Positions 9,711 through 20,852 of a stretch of DNA of 64,000 nucleotides are shown piece after piece. A program made the position numbers and the translations under genes. The number at the start of each line of letters is the position of its first letter. The first letter of the stretch is position 1. The notes under the pieces were generated by a model. That model did no database searches. It was given only the letters and a program-made list of their open reading frames with translations, and was not told where the DNA came from. The DNA is from a virus: positions 75,072-139,071 of the IMG/VR virus record IMGVR_UViG_3300009155_000040; one strand, written 5' to 3'.

Positions 9711-10703
9711 ATGGGACAGGTAATACAGGTCAACGGCGACTACAATATTAAATCTAAGATCGGGGCTACTATCAAGCTCGATACCGGAGCCGGTGTAGGT
9801 CAAACAATCATCACCGGTAATCTTGTAGTCCAAGGTACCAACTTAACTGTTTCAACCGAACAATTACAGATTAAAGACAACATCATTATTTTAAATGATG
9901 GCGAAACTGGACCCGGAGTAACACTACGTTATTCCGGAATCCAAATTGACAGAGGACCGTCAAATGTTGCAGACGATGCATTTTTATTGTATGATGAAAC
10001 AGACGGCAGCTGGAATTTATTAAACAAGACGGGCAATGATCCGTATAATTTTAACAATACTGCTTTAAGATTAAGAAGTATATTAACTGACACCGATACC
10101 GACGGCGGCGATCTAACATTGATTGGAACCGGCACAGGTGTTGTGAATGTTGCAGGCACAAACGCTTACGAATTACAAGTTATTGCATTCGGAGACGATG
10201 CAATACCAAACAAAAAATATGTTGATGATGCTATTCAAGGATCACCAGCAAGACAGATTAGAGATGATAATACTCGAATAATTATTGCGGATAGACAAGC
10301 TATTCCTACAGGCGGCGGATTAGATTATCTAGGTGCAGTTGTAGCTGAAACACAAATTCAAGTTGTGGTAGACGCTATTCCTAACACTACATTTTTTATC
10401 AACAGAGTAGTTATTCAAGGGTTAGAAGTTAGCGATTCAGAAATTGCCAACCTTGATACCAATACAGATACCTATCTAAGAACTACAGGTACAGGTAAAC
10501 TTAGAACAAATTATGCACTAAAAATTGATCAACAAGGATCAAACGTTGCTACAGTTGCAGGATATTCTCAACTGTATGCCAAAACACCAAGTACAGGTAA
10601 CACTGGTTTGTACTTTTCAACAACCAGTACCACAGCGTCACCAAACGGAAATAGAGAATTAATAAGTACTAATAGAGCATTATTATATAGTATGTTATTT
10701 TAA
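9711..10703 (+). CDS. Tail/baseplate-associated structural protein (330 aa)
   Basis: GNLVVQG..LTV, DNIIILN and SGIQIDRG are phage-fibre-type motifs. Confidence 0.6.
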   Translation: MGQVIQVNGDYNIKSKIGATIKLDTGAGVGQTIITGNLVVQGTNLTVSTEQLQIKDNIIILNDGETGPGVTLRYSGIQIDRGPSNVADDAFLLYDETDGSWNLLNKTGNDPYNFNNTALRLRSILTDTDTDGGDLTLIGTGTGVVNVAGTNAYELQVIAFGDDAIPNKKYVDDAIQGSPARQIRDDNTRIIIADRQAIPTGGGLDYLGAVVAETQIQVVVDAIPNTTFFINRVVIQGLEVSDSEIANLDTNTDTYLRTTGTGKLRTNYALKIDQQGSNVATVAGYSQLYAKTPSTGNTGLYFSTTSTTASPNGNRELISTNRALLYSMLF

Positions 10704-10712
10704 GGATAGGAC

Positions 10713-11063
10713 ATGGCAATTAAAAACACACCAATAACAACCACTGGATCGACTACATTATATACAAGTAGTGGAACCAATGCGATTGTTACAATTATTA
10801 TCTGTAATATCGGAGCACCGAACGCAACTGACGAATCGATCAACGCCTGTACTCTTAACCTTTACGCTGTAAAAAGCGGAGAAAGTGCAGATACTAGCGC
10901 ACAGACATACGGCAATAAAATTGTATCAAGTCTATTAGTGCCAGCAGGCGAAACGATATTTTTTAGTGATGAAAAGATTATTTTAGACAGCGGCGATTTT
11001 ATTGTTGCAGTTGCAAGTGCAGGCAATTTATTAAGCATAACGGTAAGCACACTAGCAGTATGA
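10713..11063 (+). CDS. Small beta-sandwich structural protein (paralogue of 13930 and 28445)
   Basis: About 110 aa; shares the YT.P..V..I..CN and KIIL..GD pattern. Confidence 0.65.
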   Translation: MAIKNTPITTTGSTTLYTSSGTNAIVTIIICNIGAPNATDESINACTLNLYAVKSGESADTSAQTYGNKIVSSLLVPAGETIFFSDEKIILDSGDFIVAVASAGNLLSITVSTLAV

Positions 11064-11620
11064 AATATTTAAAAACTAAAAACATTTCTAAATTCAGTAT
11101 CTCAGACGATGCGTTGGTTGCCAAACCATCTGGAAGATACGTAATGGATGGCATCGGTGCTCTACGCTTGCCAAAGGGCACAGCAGCACAACGTCCTGAT
11201 GTTGTAGTTGGAGTACATAACGGTCCTAACGGATATATTCGTTACAATACTGATAACGACAGCGTAGAAGCATACATCGGCGGATACTGGCAAACTGTTA
11301 GAGCTCCTAGCTCTACAGCTATAACAAAACAGACATTTGGCCCAGGCAACGGAGTTGAAACAGTATTTGGTCCTTTGACCACGGTACCTGCAGGAACAGG
11401 ATATAGAGCTAGTGCTAATAATATCATAGTACTAGTTGAAAATACTATGCAAATCTCAACAACTAATTTTACAGTCCAACAAAGCACTTCCGGAAGCCTC
11501 AGCGGCCCAGGAGCACCTTATGCTGATGGGTGGTATGTTAAATTTACCTCAGCAGTACCAAACACTGGAGGCGGCGGAAATCCTGTATACGTGACAGTAT
11601 ATCACGGATACGCTGATTAA
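11060..11620 (+). CDS. Tail-appendage structural protein (186 aa)
   Basis: LRLPKGTAAQRP...GYIRYNTD...EAY..G.W module common in large myovirus fibre proteins; ATGA overlap with the previous gene. Confidence 0.65.
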   Translation: MKYLKTKNISKFSISDDALVAKPSGRYVMDGIGALRLPKGTAAQRPDVVVGVHNGPNGYIRYNTDNDSVEAYIGGYWQTVRAPSSTAITKQTFGPGNGVETVFGPLTTVPAGTGYRASANNIIVLVENTMQISTTNFTVQQSTSGSLSGPGAPYADGWYVKFTSAVPNTGGGGNPVYVTVYHGYAD

Positions 11621-11622
11621 CA

Positions 11623-12699
11623 ATGCCAGTACCTGACAGTCAACTAGGGCGAATTGGCGGTCAACTTTTAACAGACAACCTGCTTAGAGCAGGAGTTGAC
11701 ATTGCTGTTGAAACCAGTTTACTATACTTAGATGTTACCAACAAACGAGTTGGTGTAAAAACATCTGCACCAACACACCCTCTACAAGTTAACGGAACTA
11801 CACGAGCACCAGATGTAATTGTTGACGGTACTTCTGCCCGAGTTAACAATGTTATAATCAACACCAATGGTTCGTTTAGCACACTAGTTGGTGCGTTAAA
11901 CATCACTCCAACAGGCGGCCCGAGTATTGTTATATCGCATGAGCGTGTGATAACCAACAGCTTAGACATCAACGATAACTACATTCGAGGTAGGATCGCT
12001 GATAGAAACTTTGAACTGCGCCCTAACGGTACAGGAAACACCAAGTTAAACGGTAACACCTATATTGATGAAAATTTGCTGGTCAGCACTTCCTTGTTTG
12101 CCCAACAAAATGTCAATGTCAAAGGTATTTTTACCATTGGTGATACTGCATACGATACCCTAACTGTGGTTCCAGATTTTACACAAAGTATAATTCCGGG
12201 AGACAACAACCTATATGATTTAGGTACACTTGCTAAAAAGTGGAGAGGCGTTTATGTGAACAATAACAATCACATAGATGGATTTACTTCAATTACCGCA
12301 ACAGTTAGCAATCAAGTGTTTATGAGCGGTAACACTATCAGCACCTTACAATCAAACGATGATTTGATAGTATCTTCAACAGAAGGTACGATAACGTTAA
12401 ACAACTTGTCAATCAAAGACAATACGATAACCAATTTATTATCAACACCAACAACAATAACTCACACAGGAAACGGGTATCTGCAAATTGCAGGAACATT
12501 CGGCTTCCAAATGCCACATGGCACAACATTAGAACGTCCAGATACTCCAGAAACAGGAATAACTCGTTGGAATACTGATCTAAGCTATCTAGAATGTTTT
12601 GATGGCACAGTATGGGGAGTTGCAACTGGCGGTGGTGCAACAGTTACTCAAGCATACATGGAAGAGCTAAGTCACGTTTATACTCTACTGCTCGGGTAA
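11623..12699 (+). CDS. Tail-fibre-like structural protein (358 aa), paralogue of 12834
   Basis: N-terminal GRIGGQLL.DNLLRAGVDIAVETSLLYL; C-terminal P.GTT.ERP..G.TRWN module. Confidence 0.65.
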   Translation: MPVPDSQLGRIGGQLLTDNLLRAGVDIAVETSLLYLDVTNKRVGVKTSAPTHPLQVNGTTRAPDVIVDGTSARVNNVIINTNGSFSTLVGALNITPTGGPSIVISHERVITNSLDINDNYIRGRIADRNFELRPNGTGNTKLNGNTYIDENLLVSTSLFAQQNVNVKGIFTIGDTAYDTLTVVPDFTQSIIPGDNNLYDLGTLAKKWRGVYVNNNNHIDGFTSITATVSNQVFMSGNTISTLQSNDDLIVSSTEGTITLNNLSIKDNTITNLLSTPTTITHTGNGYLQIAGTFGFQMPHGTTLERPDTPETGITRWNTDLSYLECFDGTVWGVATGGGATVTQAYMEELSHVYTLLLG

Positions 12700-12711
12700 A
12701 TCTCCAATCTG

Positions 12712-12833
12712 TATAAATACTACTAGTTGCAAAGGTTGACCAAATCTTTGTAAAATCCGACTGTGGTATACCGACAAAGAGCGCAAGCTGAAAATCTGGT
12801 AATCCGTGTAAAACGGTGTATATTGGAGAGCTC
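12712..12833 (+). promoter_or_regulatory. Late promoter TATAAATA (12712-12719) plus about 110-nt structured leader
   Basis: Exact T4 late consensus followed by non-coding DNA with several hairpins and a GGAG SD. Confidence 0.55.
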
Positions 12834-13919
12834 ATGGCTATTGGTCGTATTTCCGGTCAGCTCCTTAAGTCAAATCTACTCCGTAGTGGTGTAGACCTAG
12901 CTTTTGAGACTGATCTTCTCTATCTAAATGTTGTTGACTCTCGAATTGGAGTTAACAAAGGCTCCCCAACATCTGTAGCTGGGCTTACCCAGTATCCTCT
13001 AGACGTAAACGGCACCACAAGGACAACAGATTTAATTGTTGATAATACTCTAACGGTAGGACATTTCACAATCAGTGGAAATACTATTGCCAGCGATTTA
13101 CCAACAATTACATTTGCACCAAGTGGTGGCGAACCTACAATTTATCATTCAAGATTGCAGGTCAATGACATTGACATTACAGACAATGTAATTTCTACCC
13201 TGAGCACTAACGCTGATTTAGAAATTAGCCCAAGCGGCACAGGCGCTGTAAAAATGTATTCCGATGCTACAGTTTCTGGTAACTTGACAGTTACTGGAAA
13301 TATAGATGTTACTGGGAATATTACAATCGGTGGCAATCTTACCATTGGTGATGCGCTTACAGACAACATTGTAATCAACGCCAGTATCAAAAGCAGTTTA
13401 ATTCCTGAAAGCGATAATGCCTATGATTTAGGTTCTATATCGTTTCAATGGAGAACTGTATATGCTAGAAACATCAACGCAGACAACTTAAACTCTGACA
13501 CCCTTGATGTTGGCAATATTAAATTTTCCAACAATGTTATTTCAACAACACCCGGTACTGATCTAGTATTAGATCCAACAGGCACGGGCCGAGTTAGACT
13601 GGGCAACTTTGCAATATTAGACAACACCATTACCAACGTTTCAGTAAATGCTGTAACTGTGTTAGCGCAAACAGGTGCATCTGCATATTTTAGAATAAAT
13701 GGAACTAACGGATTCCGCCCACCAGTTGGTACGGTTGGACAACGTCCAACATCATACATGAGCCCGGCAACTGTAGGTGTTACACGCTTCAACATTGAAA
13801 GCCGAGCATTGGAAGTTTGGGACGGACTTGGTTGGGCAAGCCCTGCAGGTTCATCTGGGGCTGTTTCTGAAATTGGCGCCAGCGACATAGCACTTAGATA
13901 TGTTTTAACACTAGGATAA
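12834..13919 (+). CDS. Tail-fibre-like structural protein (361 aa), paralogue of 11623
   Basis: MAIGRISGQLLKSNLLRSGVDLAFETDLLYL; ATG at 12834 follows a GGAG SD. Confidence 0.65.
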   Translation: MAIGRISGQLLKSNLLRSGVDLAFETDLLYLNVVDSRIGVNKGSPTSVAGLTQYPLDVNGTTRTTDLIVDNTLTVGHFTISGNTIASDLPTITFAPSGGEPTIYHSRLQVNDIDITDNVISTLSTNADLEISPSGTGAVKMYSDATVSGNLTVTGNIDVTGNITIGGNLTIGDALTDNIVINASIKSSLIPESDNAYDLGSISFQWRTVYARNINADNLNSDTLDVGNIKFSNNVISTTPGTDLVLDPTGTGRVRLGNFAILDNTITNVSVNAVTVLAQTGASAYFRINGTNGFRPPVGTVGQRPTSYMSPATVGVTRFNIESRALEVWDGLGWASPAGSSGAVSEIGASDIALRYVLTLG

Positions 13920-13929
13920 AAAGAAGAAA

Positions 13930-14262
13930 ATGCCAACCTCATTTAATCAAGCAATTGAAAGCGGAATTGGAACTAATCCAGTGACACTATTACAGGTGCC
14001 TACAGGATTTAAAGTTACAGTAATCGGTTGCAATTTAACAAACATTACAGAATACGACAACGCTATTGTTGACGTACAGATTACAACAGAAGGTAGTTCG
14101 TATGCTTACTATGCAAAAGGTGTGGTAATACCACCAAACACCAGTTTGAAATTAGTAACCAACGGAGAAAAATTAATACTTCCGCAGGGCGGCGGTATTA
14201 AAGTAACCAGTGATATAGATGGCAGCATTGATGCTGTTGTTAGTTACGTAGAATTGTCATAA
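13930..14262 (+). CDS. Small beta-sandwich structural protein
   Basis: Paralogous pattern with 10713 and 28445 (VIGCNLTN...IPPNTSL...KLIL). Confidence 0.65.
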   Translation: MPTSFNQAIESGIGTNPVTLLQVPTGFKVTVIGCNLTNITEYDNAIVDVQITTEGSSYAYYAKGVVIPPNTSLKLVTNGEKLILPQGGGIKVTSDIDGSIDAVVSYVELS

Positions 14263-14271
14263 GGAGGATAT

Positions 14272-14649
14272 ATGCCAGCAGGTGGAAGTAATTATTACGT
14301 AGGTACAGATCCATATTCTTCGTTAGGAGATACTCCTAGATTTTTCTACGGATTAAGAAAAAATGAAAATGGCAGTATGTTTTTTGAGCGTCTTGACAAC
14401 ATTCGAGATAAAGATACAGTAACTTTAAATAATCCAGGATTGGATACTGATAACTACAATGACTTTGAAGTCGGTGTGGATTTCTTTGAAGGTACTGATG
14501 TTACACACAATCCTGTATTTTTAAATTTAAAATACCCGCAATACCGATGGGACGACAGAAGTTTGTTCTATTATATAGACGATGAAGGACAATTGATTGT
14601 GAGAATTAACAATGGTCACACCTACAATAACGGTGACTCAGAAGGATAA
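14272..14649 (+). CDS. Hypothetical structural protein (125 aa)
   Basis: AAGGAGG SD; clean ORF within the late operon. Confidence 0.65.
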   Translation: MPAGGSNYYVGTDPYSSLGDTPRFFYGLRKNENGSMFFERLDNIRDKDTVTLNNPGLDTDNYNDFEVGVDFFEGTDVTHNPVFLNLKYPQYRWDDRSLFYYIDDEGQLIVRINNGHTYNNGDSEG

Positions 14650-14654
14650 TGTAA

Positions 14655-17600
14655 ATGGCAGAGTTTAAATTAGCTAGATTTAAGTATACTTGGCAAGGAG
14701 ACTGGGCACCAGCTGGTCGATATAACCCCGATGACATGATTGCCTATGGCGGCAAAGTATACACCTGTCTAGTAACACACAATGCAGCACCTGATTTTTA
14801 TCTAGATTTAAATTATTTTAACAATGACACGCCGCCATTGGCTGTTCCTCGTTGGGAACTTGTGGCTGATGGAGTTACATGGCAAGGCGATTGGCAATCA
14901 GATACCTACTACAAAATAGGCGACATAATTAAACAATCAGGAACAGTTTACATCTGCGTTGAAGGACACACTTCAAACAGCAGATACTATCCAGATCCTT
15001 TTGATCCAGCACATCCGTTGATTATTAATCCAACAGACCCAACGGGCGTTAAAGGATTTTTCACCAATGATGTTGACATAAATCAATATTGGACTGTACA
15101 TTTAACTTCAAAAAATTGGCGCATTGATTGGGCACCAAACAGTTATTACACTGTTAATGACGTGGTTCGAGCAGGCGGTAGAACATATAGATGTAATCGT
15201 TCGCACACTTCAGCCAGTTCGTTCGAAGGCGGATTAGAAAGCAATATCTTATCATGGGATATTGTCAACATTGCCGACGACTGGAAAGGCAACTGGCAAA
15301 AAAACACCAAATATATTGTCAATGACATTGTTAAAGATGGGGGCAATGTATATCGTTGTGTTGCTGCACATCATTCAGCACTTTCAGATTCTGCAGGGTT
15401 AGCAGCAGATCTAGATCTTGGCGATAGCACCCTGACAAAATGGGAAATCTTACACGAAAGCACTCAGTATAGAGACACATGGGTGTCTTCAACTCCAGTA
15501 CTGGTTGAAGGGTTAATTACAAATGTATCAACTATTTACAAAGTCAATGATGTAGTAAAATATGGTTCATATGTTTGGAAATGTAATACATTCCATGTTG
15601 CAGGCGTTACGTTTGATCAACCAAAATTTGATATATTTTGTCCAGGCGAAGAGTTTGATGCAGACTGGTCTGCTACAACGTTTTATCAAGTAGGTGACAT
15701 TGTATTTTACGGCGGTGATGTTTTTGTTTCAACATCCGGACATTCAAATGCGAACCCTTCGACCAGCCCTGCAATATGGTCATTGTTATTCCAAAGCAGC
15801 AATATTCGTGGAACTTGGAACAGTCTACGCCCATACAAAATCGGCGATGTTGTTAGAAAAGGCGGCAACGTATACCTAGCAGTAATTGACAATACTTCAC
15901 AAGATCCAGATCTTCCTAATGACGGTAGCTCAACAAATTCTGGATATTGGGATTTGGTAATTTCCGGAATAGCATGGAAAGGTATTTGGACCGTTGGAAA
16001 TGCTTATTCTACCGGCGATGTAGTTTCTTGGGGTGAAACATCATACAGATGTATAGATTCACATGATGCCACAGCATTCAACGCACCATTCGACGATGCG
16101 AATGGATTTACATGGACTCCTATTGTTGTTGGTAATAGCTATGCTAGATTAAAGCAAGTTGGAGATATTAAAACATATGGTCCTACATCAAGTAGCACTC
16201 TTGACTCTAAACGTTTGTCTATCGGTACTGAAGGAAACGTAGTAAGAGCAAATGCATACGGTGAAGTTGAGTGGAGAAACATATGGTCGTCTGCAAAAGT
16301 TTATTATGTAGGATTAACCGGTGAAGATGAACCTTCTTACGGTCTTACGCAACAGAAGCCATGGAGAACATTAAGATATGCCCTTGACAATGTCACTGGG
16401 TATGCCACAATTTTTGTAAGAACTGGAGTATACGAAGAAATATTACCACTGCGTGTTCCGGCATTTGTGGCAGTAGTTGGTGATGAACTAAGAAGCACAG
16501 TGATTAAACCAGCTGGTCAAGTTTTTACAGATCTATATTTGAGTTTATTGGTTGTTGGATTTAGCTATCTAAAAGATTTAATCGGCCATATTATTAAAGA
16601 GGAATCTATCGGAACTACCGATATAGAAAGTGCTGCATTTGGAACTGTGATCTATGGAGAAATTGCACAAGATTTTTCGGGAACACCGGGTACAACAAGT
16701 GAAGTAACAGTTGTTGAAGGTTTGTTAGAAACATTCCTTACAAGAATTAGCACACGAGGCGGATCAGTATCAATCGCTGGATCTAACACAATAACAACCA
16801 GCACAAACATGCTGAACGCTAGACTGCAGATACTTAACAATAAAGAATTTTTAAAGAACGAAATTACATTATATGTAGAAAATGTCTTTACAGATTCTAC
16901 AGTAACTGACCTTCCAGCTAACTGGGATGTTGATCTAGATAGAGGTATTGATGCAATTACGTACGATATATATCGTGCAGGTAATTATAAAACAATCAGT
17001 GCTGCAGATTATTTTGTCTATGGAAATTTACCAGACGTAAACAAACGTTCTAACATGTTCTTGTTAAGAGACGGTACTGGTTTAAGAAACATGTCACTGA
17101 TTGGACTAAGTGGAACACTTGGTGCGATCAATTCCTATGGTACAAGACGTCCAAATGCAGGAGCATTTGCCAGCTTAGATCCGGGCTGGGGACCAAGCGA
17201 TACAACTGCTTGGGTAGGCACACGAAGCCCTTACGTACAAAACGTTTCGACATTTGGCGACGGATGTATCGGTATGAAAGTTGACGGCGACCTACACGGC
17301 GGCGGCAACCAAACCATTGTTGCCAACGACTTTACACAGATTATTAGTGACGGTATCGGTATGTGGTGTAACGGAACAGGCAAATCAGAACTTGTTTCGG
17401 TGTTCGTATATTATTGCCACGTGGGATACTTGTGTACCAACGGTGGTAAGATTCGCGGAACAAACGGTAACTGCTCATACGGCGAGTTCGGTGCAGTATC
17501 GGAAGGTTACAACTCAACAGAAAATCCAATTACAGGAACTGTTAACAACTACTATTACGAAGCTGATGTAAGTCAGATATTATGTAATGTGACCGGAAAT

Positions 17601-20600
17601 ATGTTAAAAGTATTTTTCTCTAATGCAGGTGTAAATTATTCATCAGGGAATTTTGCTGTTTCTGGTTCAGGCGGCAACGGTTCACTGGTCATGGACGAGT
17701 TCCGTGATGGCGCGGTATACGAAGTTCGAATTGTCAACAGAGGCGATTCAAGTGCAGAAGGAGGTAGCTCATATCTATTCAACACTAATAAGTCTCAAGC
17801 TAGTATTGACAATTATTCTGTAATTCTTGCAGGTAGTGATGAAAATACCCCGGCTCAGTATAGAGGAATGCGATTGCTGATCACTGAAGGAACTGGTATC
17901 GGACAATACGGATATATCGCAGAATACATTACTGCCACACTTACAATCATAATGGGTAAAGAATCAAAACCTCAATATGCTGTAACACAAACTTTTGCAT
18001 CGGGCAACTTGATAAAAATTGCTTCTAACACACACTTAAACTTGAACGACAGAATCATATTCACAGGTACTAAGTTTGGAAATATCCAAGACAACTACAT
18101 TTATTATGTTAAGGCTCTTTCTGGATCAGACGGCTTCACAATCAGTACTTCTCCAGGAGGTACAGTATTCGGAATGATTAACGGTCTTCCTAGCACAGCG
18201 CCAGGAGCCACTCCGATGGTATTACATTGTGTAGGATGGGAGCATCTTAATGAAGGTACTGCACCTGTATCTGTATTAGATACTACTTCTGTTTATACTA
18301 TTGAACCGAGAATAACATTTACTAGTCCAGGATTTACTACAGGCTCAAGCACACTGCCAAATAACTTAACATGGACCAGCATTGCATCTAGTGGCTTAAG
18401 ATGGGTAGCTGTTGCTACAGGATCCAACGTGGTTGCATATACAGCAAACGGCACTAGCTGGAGTACTTCAACAATGCCGGCAAGCACTGCTTGGTGTAAA
18501 GTCGAACGTGTTGGCAATATCTTTATTGCTGTGTCTACCAGCGGAGTTGCTGCAAAATCTTCAGATGGTATTTCTTGGTCAGCAATGACAATGCCTACTG
18601 CTGCTCAATGGACCGACATTGCCTATGACGGTACAACTTACGTTATTACAGCATCTGGTGAAAACTATGTAGCAACATCTACAGATGCTACTACTTGGAC
18701 AACAGCTACTATCTTAGGCGGACACACATTTACCTTAGGCAGTGGTGCAAAATTATCTACAACACAACAAAAATTTGGAGCTACTAGTTTAGTACTAAAC
18801 GGAACCTCAGACTTCCTCACAGTAGGTTCAAACGCTGATTTTAATTACGGCACCGGCGACTTTACCATCGAAGGATGGTTCTATCCAAATGCATTAAGTG
18901 GCACACAAGCATTGTTTGATCAAAGAACCGCAGCCACTGAAGTGGCAATAATGATGGACGTGAATACTTCTGGAGTTGTTAGATTGTATGTTAACGGATC
19001 TTATGTACTCAGCTCTAACACAACAATTTCAGCAGGTGCATGGACACACATTGCTATTGCAAGATCAGCAGCGGTCACATCGATGTGGGTCGGCGGAACG
19101 CTTCAGTCAACTACATACGCAGATACAAACAACTATCCAACTCGCCCAGTAGCGATTGGGGCATATTATGGCGGAGCTACATTTTTTAACGGTTACATTG
19201 ATGAGGTTAGAATATCAAAAGGCATTGCTCGATATACAACAACATTCACACCAGCAACAGCAGCATTTGCATGGACTACCGGAACTGTATTATTGTTACA
19301 CTTTGATGGCACTAACCTTAGCACAACAATTTTAGACAATGCCGATGACTGGACCGGAGTTGCTTACGGAAAAGGAAAATTTGTTGCAGTTTCCTCAACA
19401 GGTTCTTTCTCAACCAGCACCAACGGAACTAGTTGGACTGGTGGTTTTACTACAGTTGGATTAGCAAACATAGCCTACGGCGAAAATAAATTTGTTGCGG
19501 TACAAACAGGACTTGGTTCGACTGTTAGTGCAATATCGGTTGACGGCACAACATGGACATACGGAACACTACCAGCGGCAAATTGGCTTGGAGTTGGATA
19601 CGGCCAAGGAACTTGGATTGCTGTAGCACCAGGATCAAATTCAGCAGTTTCAAATGACGGAATTAACTGGACAACACAGTCGATTGGCAATGATCAATGG
19701 TGTGCAGTTTCTTTTGCAAATGTATCAAAACCTGGAAAATTTATTGCAATTGCAGGTAAGTTGACAACATCTACTTCTGGTGTAGTAATCAGTACAGGAA
19801 CCACAGCACAGGCTCGCGCAACTGTTGTTGCAGGAAGAATTTCAGAATTTAAAATTTGGGAACCAGGTAGCGGATATGTGTCTGCACCAGTAATGACAAT
19901 TACAGATCCAAACAACAGTTCAGAAGTTAGCACATCGATACGCATTGGCAACGGAGTCATAGGAAATCCAACAATTGTAAATGCAGGTATTGGGTATCAA
20001 ACTAACAGTACTAGAGCAATCATAACAGGAAACGGTTATAAAAATCAATATCAACTAGGCAGCTTCTTAGTCTGCGATAATGTTACCAGATTGCCTGGCC
20101 CAGGTGATAATTTATCAATCAGTGGAATCAATGACTATACCTATAAAGTATTGTCACATATAGTATTAGGTGGATCTATCGGAAACTACACATTGCAATT
20201 AAACATTGCAAAAGATTTAGGTAGAGAAGAAACACCAGAGCATGATACTACTATTGAAATTAGACAGGCATACAGTCAAGTTCGATTAACAGGACACGAT
20301 TTCTTAGACATTGGACTAGGTGGAGTTGTGGCATCTAATTACCCAAATACACTGTCGCCAAACGGCACAGTACTTGCACCAGAAGACGAAATTCAGGAAA
20401 AAAATGGTGGACGTGTTTTCTACACATCAACTGACCAAGACGGCAACTTCCGAGTTGGTGAGCTATTTGCAGTTGAACAAGCGACTGGTACTGTTACGTT
20501 GAATGCACAGTTCTTTGAATTGCAAGGATTGGAAGAATTGCGATTGGGTGGTGTTACAGTTGGCGGATCGGGTGTTGTTATTCGTGAGTTTTCTACAGAT

Positions 20601-20852
20601 AATACTTTTACTGCTGATTCAAATAACATTGTACCGACACAAAAAGCCATTAAGGCCTATATACAAAGACGTGTATCGGGTGGCGGCGCAGACGCAATAA
20701 CCAGTTTTGTTGTTGCTGGTTTGGTACAAATAGGACCAACTGGAATTGGAACTACGGACGGAACAGAGTTAAAATTCCCGGTAAGGGTTAATTTTAAGAA
20801 GGGTGTGGACGGAACTTATCTTGCACAGACTTATTTTATGTCAAAGAAGTAA
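14655..20852 (+). CDS. Giant modular tail-fibre/spike-like protein A (2065 aa)
   Basis: N-terminal CBM5/12-like W..Y..GD.V.YGG..Y.C...H repeats, a beta-helix-like region, W.....LP....W..VAYG propeller repeats and a LamG-like domain (DFTIEGWF...GYIDEVRISKG). C-terminus shared with 20903. Confidence 0.7.
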   Translation: MAEFKLARFKYTWQGDWAPAGRYNPDDMIAYGGKVYTCLVTHNAAPDFYLDLNYFNNDTPPLAVPRWELVADGVTWQGDWQSDTYYKIGDIIKQSGTVYICVEGHTSNSRYYPDPFDPAHPLIINPTDPTGVKGFFTNDVDINQYWTVHLTSKNWRIDWAPNSYYTVNDVVRAGGRTYRCNRSHTSASSFEGGLESNILSWDIVNIADDWKGNWQKNTKYIVNDIVKDGGNVYRCVAAHHSALSDSAGLAADLDLGDSTLTKWEILHESTQYRDTWVSSTPVLVEGLITNVSTIYKVNDVVKYGSYVWKCNTFHVAGVTFDQPKFDIFCPGEEFDADWSATTFYQVGDIVFYGGDVFVSTSGHSNANPSTSPAIWSLLFQSSNIRGTWNSLRPYKIGDVVRKGGNVYLAVIDNTSQDPDLPNDGSSTNSGYWDLVISGIAWKGIWTVGNAYSTGDVVSWGETSYRCIDSHDATAFNAPFDDANGFTWTPIVVGNSYARLKQVGDIKTYGPTSSSTLDSKRLSIGTEGNVVRANAYGEVEWRNIWSSAKVYYVGLTGEDEPSYGLTQQKPWRTLRYALDNVTGYATIFVRTGVYEEILPLRVPAFVAVVGDELRSTVIKPAGQVFTDLYLSLLVVGFSYLKDLIGHIIKEESIGTTDIESAAFGTVIYGEIAQDFSGTPGTTSEVTVVEGLLETFLTRISTRGGSVSIAGSNTITTSTNMLNARLQILNNKEFLKNEITLYVENVFTDSTVTDLPANWDVDLDRGIDAITYDIYRAGNYKTISAADYFVYGNLPDVNKRSNMFLLRDGTGLRNMSLIGLSGTLGAINSYGTRRPNAGAFASLDPGWGPSDTTAWVGTRSPYVQNVSTFGDGCIGMKVDGDLHGGGNQTIVANDFTQIISDGIGMWCNGTGKSELVSVFVYYCHVGYLCTNGGKIRGTNGNCSYGEFGAVSEGYNSTENPITGTVNNYYYEADVSQILCNVTGNMLKVFFSNAGVNYSSGNFAVSGSGGNGSLVMDEFRDGAVYEVRIVNRGDSSAEGGSSYLFNTNKSQASIDNYSVILAGSDENTPAQYRGMRLLITEGTGIGQYGYIAEYITATLTIIMGKESKPQYAVTQTFASGNLIKIASNTHLNLNDRIIFTGTKFGNIQDNYIYYVKALSGSDGFTISTSPGGTVFGMINGLPSTAPGATPMVLHCVGWEHLNEGTAPVSVLDTTSVYTIEPRITFTSPGFTTGSSTLPNNLTWTSIASSGLRWVAVATGSNVVAYTANGTSWSTSTMPASTAWCKVERVGNIFIAVSTSGVAAKSSDGISWSAMTMPTAAQWTDIAYDGTTYVITASGENYVATSTDATTWTTATILGGHTFTLGSGAKLSTTQQKFGATSLVLNGTSDFLTVGSNADFNYGTGDFTIEGWFYPNALSGTQALFDQRTAATEVAIMMDVNTSGVVRLYVNGSYVLSSNTTISAGAWTHIAIARSAAVTSMWVGGTLQSTTYADTNNYPTRPVAIGAYYGGATFFNGYIDEVRISKGIARYTTTFTPATAAFAWTTGTVLLLHFDGTNLSTTILDNADDWTGVAYGKGKFVAVSSTGSFSTSTNGTSWTGGFTTVGLANIAYGENKFVAVQTGLGSTVSAISVDGTTWTYGTLPAANWLGVGYGQGTWIAVAPGSNSAVSNDGINWTTQSIGNDQWCAVSFANVSKPGKFIAIAGKLTTSTSGVVISTGTTAQARATVVAGRISEFKIWEPGSGYVSAPVMTITDPNNSSEVSTSIRIGNGVIGNPTIVNAGIGYQTNSTRAIITGNGYKNQYQLGSFLVCDNVTRLPGPGDNLSISGINDYTYKVLSHIVLGGSIGNYTLQLNIAKDLGREETPEHDTTIEIRQAYSQVRLTGHDFLDIGLGGVVASNYPNTLSPNGTVLAPEDEIQEKNGGRVFYTSTDQDGNFRVGELFAVEQATGTVTLNAQFFELQGLEELRLGGVTVGGSGVVIREFSTDNTFTADSNNIVPTQKAIKAYIQRRVSGGGADAITSFVVAGLVQIGPTGIGTTDGTELKFPVRVNFKKGVDGTYLAQTYFMSKK
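20403..20460 (+). repeat. 58-bp direct repeat, copy 1 (copy 2 at 27980-28037)
   Basis: AATGGTGGACGTGTTTTCTACACATCAACTGACCAAGACGG(C/T)AACTTCCGAGTTGGTG; 57 of 58 bases identical. Confidence 0.9.

Noticed and set aside
12720-12833. Assignment of the leader as a c-di-GMP or other known riboswitch
   Set aside because: Only a GCAA-loop resemblance; I could not match the conserved core, so it is reported only as an unassigned structured leader.
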